NCBI GenBank assembly: GCA_008632985.1
Contig: QPGO01000254.1
Location: forward strand, 62,001-89,309
Direction of reading: 5' to 3'
DNA length: 27,309 nt
From: Psammoneis japonica
Taxonomy: Eukaryota
Position numbers and translations under genes: made by a program. This document shows positions 21,681 through 27,309 of the stretch, piece by piece (the first letter of the stretch is position 1; each line of letters opens with the position of its first letter). Below the pieces are notes generated by a model, which made no database searches, was not told the origin of the DNA, and was given only the letters and a program-made list of their open reading frames with translations.

Positions 21681-23580
21681 GCAAGGTTGTAGCCGGGGGA
21701 ACGTTGCAACGATCCAGCCAACTGCATAAATTGTTGCTGGCATGTGTTAGGATGCGACGTTCCCACCCTAGGTACATGTTTTCCCTTCAATTCATTCTAG
21801 TGCATAATTTCATAAGCCACTGGTGAATGAACAAACTCATCTTGTGCACTTATGTGAGTGCGTCTATTGACATTTGGTAAAAGCAGACTTGACAGCAAGT
21901 CTCGGTGCCTTCCCTTCAACACGACGACAGACTTCTGGATGAAAGGGACTTGGGACTTGGAAATCTGGTGTTTGCGAATTTTACGGGTGGGGCACAAGGC
22001 GCCGTTATTTTGATGCCATTGCAAAAGCGGCCTTGTTTAAATTGGATCTGCATGCATTTTTCCAACACTGCCACCCAACACCACTGACTTGTTTCAAGTG
22101 GCAAGCACCTGAGCTTCTCCATGTGAGCATGCTGTTGTGGAGTCCAAGTTTCTGAGGCTTGTCTTTGATGGGCAAGGAACCTCCAGGTCCTCACCATGCA
22201 AAGACCCAACTAAAAAGCATGCTGGCAGCACTCACTGCTTTGATCCCCCCTTCTCTGCAAGAGCTGTTGGCACCACCTGGCCAGTTTTGGTTGGCATGTG
22301 CAGCAAGACTGTGGTTGAGTGGCACCCAAAGCAGGAGACTGCTGCAGCATGTGAAAAGCTGATTGTGTGGAAATGTTCTGGGGTTGTCATGAAGTGACGT
22401 GGCCAAATTTTATGTTGTTTTGATGTCAGGTCATTGTGCAGTGGTGCTTTGATGTCTTTTTCTGCTTGAGACATGCACTCAGTCAGACATTGTCAGAGAA
22501 TTTTTTCCATTGTCACACTTTGGCAACAGTGCAGTGGCTGCATTGAATGATGCCATTTTCTTGTTCTTGATGAGTGCAAGCTTGTGCTCACACACAACAC
22601 TTTGACAATGGTGCCATGATGCTGGCAAGTGCGGCAAACAAAAGCAAGGAAAGTGGAGTTCAGCATTGTTGCACAAACACCTGATGCAACCAGCACATTG
22701 TGTTGGTTGGTTCTTGTGCAAGAAATGCAGCTCACCATCTTGCTGCCTGCCATGCCTCACCCTCCTTGCCCAGCATGAACTAAAAAAAATTGCAGCACAG
22801 AAAACACACATTCTGTTCCCACCTTTTCTGAAGTGTGTGTGCAAAAAACACCCACATCTTGTTTGAAGAGAAGCAAACTTCTTCTTTCTTTGCTCACATC
22901 TCAGCATGAGCACACCCACACCACAGTGTTTTTGCATGGGGCAAGTCAACAACAAGCGCAAGCAAGGGGGGAGTGACAACACACATGTGCCTTTGGCATC
23001 TTGCTTTTTCATTTCTGTGTTGGTGGGAAAGCCACCTTTGTCTTGGAAGCTCCAGCTTTTTCATGTGGCACAGATTGCTGTCTGGCTGGCTCTAAAACAA
23101 ATTTTGTTTGCAGACAACACAGCCAAGAAAATGTGCAAGCACAGAGCTGGGCACCCAAAAGCTGCTTCATCTGGGACACCAAAAATCTGGGTCTGACTGT
23201 CTGCCACAATCTGGGAATTTCTTGACTGCAATCCCAGATTGTTGCAAACTTGCTGCAAGCCAAGTCCTCCCCCAAATGCAAGATGAGAACCACACAAGTT
23301 CACAAGCTTCTAAAGTCCAAATTGCTCCCCACTTTCAAGTGTGAACCTTTTTGCACATGACCACAATCTTGACCCCTGTTGACATTTGCAGTTCCTTGTT
23401 CATTGAACACTTTTGTTGCTGCTCACAACCCACCCTCCTTGTCTGCAATTTGCATTTTGTCTCTTTGCTTTGTTGTTTTAAAAGCCAAATGTGCAACTGC
23501 CACATGTTCTTGAATTTGAATTGCTTTGCAGAATGCCTTTTTTTTGTCATCTGGATTTTGTTGTTTCCTGCAATTTGCGT

Positions 23581-24530
23581 TCACACACCAGTTTGGTTGG
23601 TTGCCATGGCAGCAATTGCTTCTGCTTTGTTGCTGGCAGCCACCACCTGCAATGGCAGGTCCTCTCCCATTGGCGCTGCCCGTCCTTCCTCTCTCTTGTG
23701 TTTTTTGTTTTCCTCCCTGGACAAGTTTGTCTTCTCTTGCCTTCTCTCCTTGAGCCATGCACCAAATCCTTTGTTGCTCTCTTGGTCTTTCACCACCCAC
23801 TCACACAGATCATTGCACTTTTTGATCCCCTCCTTGCTCCATCCTTGGCTCCTCTTTGCCAAATCCCCCACTGCCTGTGCCATGCACTTTGCAGGAGCAG
23901 CATCCTGCACTGTCAGCTTCCTCCTCCTTCCAATGTCATTTTCCTTTTCCAATTTCTCTGCTGTGTCCATCACCTTGTTGCAGCAGCTCAAGTGCTCCAG
24001 CAGAGCAAATGCCTTGATGAAATGGAGAGCCACTCTTGGAGCAAATTGGCTGTGCTTCCACCAAACTGTGCTTGTCCCACCACAGTCTGCACCAGAGTTT
24101 CTAAGAACCACGTGCACGTGTCTTTGTCAGCTCTCTTCCCTTTGTCAAATCTTTGCACTTCACCAGCAGCAACCCCTCTAAAGCAGCAGCTGCACAGATG
24201 AAATCAATGGAAGTGACACTCAACCCATCAGACAATCCCCTCCAACACACTTGAATGCGCGCACATTGCTGCTTGCCTGTCATCCTCCTCCTCATGTTGT
24301 CCTGCACATTGTTCCTCTTGCGGTTGAGTTTGGTTCTGAACACCTCTCTGCATTCTTCCCAGAATGCCTCTGGCAAAGACACCATGCTCCTCAACTCATG
24401 CAGAACCGTTTTCATGAAATCTTTTCCTCCAGCCATTTCTTTGTTGAAGATTGTGAACTTGTGATGCAGCAAAACACTTTCATTGATTGCCTTTGCCAGC
24501 ATGGACCCAGTCAATTTCTTGCCCACTGCT
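23581..24530 (-). pseudogene. Decayed two-exon gene of unknown function (relic intron 24276-24190)
   Basis: FWEE(C>Y)REVFRTKLNRKRNNV; (C>Y)TWFLETLVQTVVG; AFALLE; AK(CM>YT); GWSKEGIKK(C>Y)NDL(C>Y)EWVVKD(Q>R); frameshifts between blocks. Confidence 0.6.
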
Positions 24531-26409
24531 GGAGCTTGATCCAACACATGGCAATGCTCCATGAGAGTCACCACTGAACTCAAGTCCCCACCCACAAACT
24601 GGAGTCGATTCAGCTCCCCATGTTTGTTTGTTTGTTTGTGCATTGAACAAGGCCGCCACCAGGCCGCAGGACTCATTGCAACTGTGTGTCACACCACAGC
24701 GGCAAATCACAAGTCATCAGTGCATCAGCATCTCTTTGTCATGCCCTTCTCAACCCAACTTGCTGCTCGAAGTTGTGCTTCCTCCCTCTGTTGCACCTGT
24801 GACAACTGTGTCCTCCATCATCTTTCCCTTCCCAACAGGCAGCTCTCTTGTGTTGCACTGTTGGCCTCATCTTGCCCGGTTCATGACAAGGAAAGTTGTG
24901 AAATGAACGCACTTTGCATGTGATTTTCTCTGTTTTCTCATTGCTCACGCATCCTCTCTTGATTCAAACAGGTGTTTGCATCATTTTTGAGCACTCATTT
25001 CCACCAACCCCATGTTTGAATGTCCATCAACCTTCCACTGTTTTGAATTGTGCTCCATTGCAAGCCAATCCAACACGCAAATGAAGATTGGCACACTCTT
25101 CAAATTAACCCCAAACACCACATTTTTTTCTCATTGTCACAAAACATGCACTCCACTTCTTTTCTGATGCAACATCAGTTTCACATGGTTCAAAATTTGT
25201 GCTTGACCCCACATTTTTTTTGTGCCAAACCACATGTGCCGTTGCCTCTTTTTCATTTGTTTGCAACTTGTTTGATCATTCCCTCTGCTTGTCTGATGCC
25301 ATCTCTCTCCACCAACCACTCTCTCCATCACCCAAACTGGTCCATTTCACATTGTGACAACACATGATGTGTGTGTGCAAATTCAGGAACGCACCTGTCC
25401 ACAATTTTGCACATTCTCTGTCACTCATCCAATGGTCACTGACACATCTCATTGTTGCTGAGACATGGCAGCAGTGAATTGCATCAACCACCAGGAACAT
25501 GCGTTCCCTGCATTGCCATCACATGCTGCCAACTAAGCATCAATTTGGTCATGTTGCTGGTGGCAGCGTGAGATCTCACTGTGGTGCTGCAAGCTTCAAT
25601 TTTTTTGCCAAGGTCATTTGTCACCCTGCACTCTTTGGCACTCAGACTCAAAGCCAGTTTAATTTCATCAATGTTGGTGGTGGTTGTGCCAGTTTTGCAA
25701 TTGCCTGTCATTTGCTTGTTCCATCCTGCAAGGCCTGCAGCATGGAGCTCCACAGTCCTTGTCACAACTTGGGCTGTGACTGGTGTGCTGGCATCTGGCC
25801 CAACTCTCCTGGCAGTCATCCTGCCCTGATCAATCAGTCATTCCTTGCTGAAGATGATGCAGTTTGCTGTTTGCACCATCAGAACAATGCCAAGATTTTC
25901 TTTGGCAACTGCAATGGGCTGGTGATGCTTTTTGGCAAGAATGGGACACAGAACCACCTTGAGGAGATTCTGTCCAATGAGTGTGCTGAAGGAACTGTTG
26001 TCATTTCATTTGACATGATGTTTTGTGGGTGCACCACAAATGGACGCATGCATCCTTTTTTGTTCCTGCCTGCCAAACCGATCTGTCATGGGGAGGCAGT
26101 GTCAACAGGCACCTCTTTCACAAGTGCACCAAAAAAAGAGATGGCGCCATCAAGCCAAAAGGCATTCCACTGGAAACAATCTTGCAATGGACATCAAATG
26201 AAAGTTCCACCCTTCCAACAACATGGGTGGCATGTTGCCATCTCATTTCCATCTGGCAACTCTTTTCCATTTGAACATTGTGTTGTCAGTCGCCATTTCC
26301 ACAAACTTGCTTTCTATGTTGACAAAGATGCTGCCTGCTTTTGATGACCAACAACTTCTTTTTTCTCTCACAATTGTTCACAAGACACCATGTGCTTGCA
26401 GCATCAAAA

Positions 26410-26715
26410 TTGTGGGCTGGACATGCCATGTTCCTTTGATCTGAGTTGGTTTTGTTTGGCAAAGCAATGTTCTAGCATCAAAAACAAATGATGCACCTGC
26501 TTCTCCCACCAACAATTGTTTTTCCAAACCCAACCCAACCAAGTGTCTTCATCATGCTCTTTCTCATTCAAAACCACCTTGCAACCATCCGGCCATGTCT
26601 CGATGGTGCCATTGTCCTTTGTGGTGTCGTCAAGGAACAGAAACATGGTGGACATTTTGTTTCCAGGAAACAACTCTGTTTTTCTGCATGATCATGATGC
26701 ATTTCCCCTTTGACC
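26410..26715 (-). pseudogene. Decayed 2OG-Fe(II) dioxygenase (PhyH-like) fragment
   Basis: Ordered motifs in shifting frames: GEMH(H>R)D; TMFLFLDDTTKDNGTIETWP; GEAGASFVFDAR; H(C>R)..LPNKTNSD(Q>R). Confidence 0.55.
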
Positions 26716-27274
26716 CGGTTGCTTTTTGTCCACGTCCTCCGCCAGTGGAAAGTCTGGAATGAAGTCCAACATTTTTCTGCCAACTCAATGCCTCCACCTC
26801 GTCCTTTTGTTTGCCAGCAAACTCTCTGACAAAATGGTGTCCTTCTTTATCCTGTTGTTTCTTGGTGCTTTGTTCGCCAGAGCAGCAATCTGGTTTGGCA
26901 AGAGTTGCAGCATTTTGAATTTTTGTAAGCAGCAATGCTGGTGAGCAGACTGGGAGGACATCAAAGTCCTCATCAGGGGCAACATGCCATGGCCAGTTGC
27001 AGAGGATTGTGTGGATCAAAGGAAGAAACTGAAACAGAGTCAACACCTGGGGAGGAGGAGCTGGCTCTTCCATCAGGCGTGACATCAAGGGTGGACCAAA
27101 ACTGCCATCAAGACATTCTGCTCCAGCGAACTCAGCAACATCCACAAGACTGTCCTCTCCAAGGGCAGACACACCATCATCTGCAAACAAGACAAATCGG
27201 CAAGAGTTTTCAGTGGCTGCACTGGTGGCAGCAACATTGGTGGCAACACGCAATCAACCAGGGCATCTGACGGA

Positions 27275-27289
27275 GGGGGGGGGGGGGGG
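27275..27289 (+). repeat. G15 homopolymer followed by TG
   Basis: ATCTGACGGA(G)15TGCAG read directly. Confidence 0.9.
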
Positions 27290-27309
27290 TGCAGACCATT
27301 TCCAGCAGA

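Larger units (their letters stand above)
22040..27309. mobile_element. Large TpA/CpG-depleted island containing decayed minus-strand genes; probable hypermutated transposon or repeat running off the window
   Basis: 15 TpA and ~42 CpG in 22081-27309; strong TG/CA excess; ORFs nearly Tyr-free and rich in Cys/His. No transposase motif recognised. Confidence 0.6.

Noticed and set aside
22137..27270. Dense overlapping ORFs rich in Cys/His (e.g. 23351-24181, 25499-26344)
   Set aside because: Loss of TpA removes TAA and TAG stops in all six frames, so long ORFs arise automatically; they are not metal-binding proteins.
22040..27309. Classical fungal RIP as the cause
   Set aside because: RIP converts CpA to TpA and raises TpA; here TpA is nearly absent and CpA is abundant.

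Overview
Eukaryotic nuclear DNA, most likely from a pennate diatom (inferred from short GT-AG introns with CTCAC-type branch sites, bipartite plastid presequences and an HSF gene). Ordinary genes in order: 3' part of an unknown gene, a SAM methyltransferase, an HSF factor, three secreted Cys-repeat proteins with hydrophobic C-tails, a 7-blade FG-GAP propeller, a bacterial-type (type I) sulfide:quinone oxidoreductase with an apparent plastid presequence, and an FMO. Four genes carry 1-nt frameshifts, mostly in short homopolymers, that look like assembly errors. Two islands (~4320-5599 and ~22040-27309) are almost devoid of BOTH TpA and CpG and rich in TpG/CpA. Reversing TA>TG/CA and CG>TG/CA there restores protein motifs and a splice donor, which points to a context-specific A:T>G:C hypermutation acting on repeat DNA alongside CpG decay. 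These islands and the plastid-type SQR are the two strongest leads. All counts are manual.
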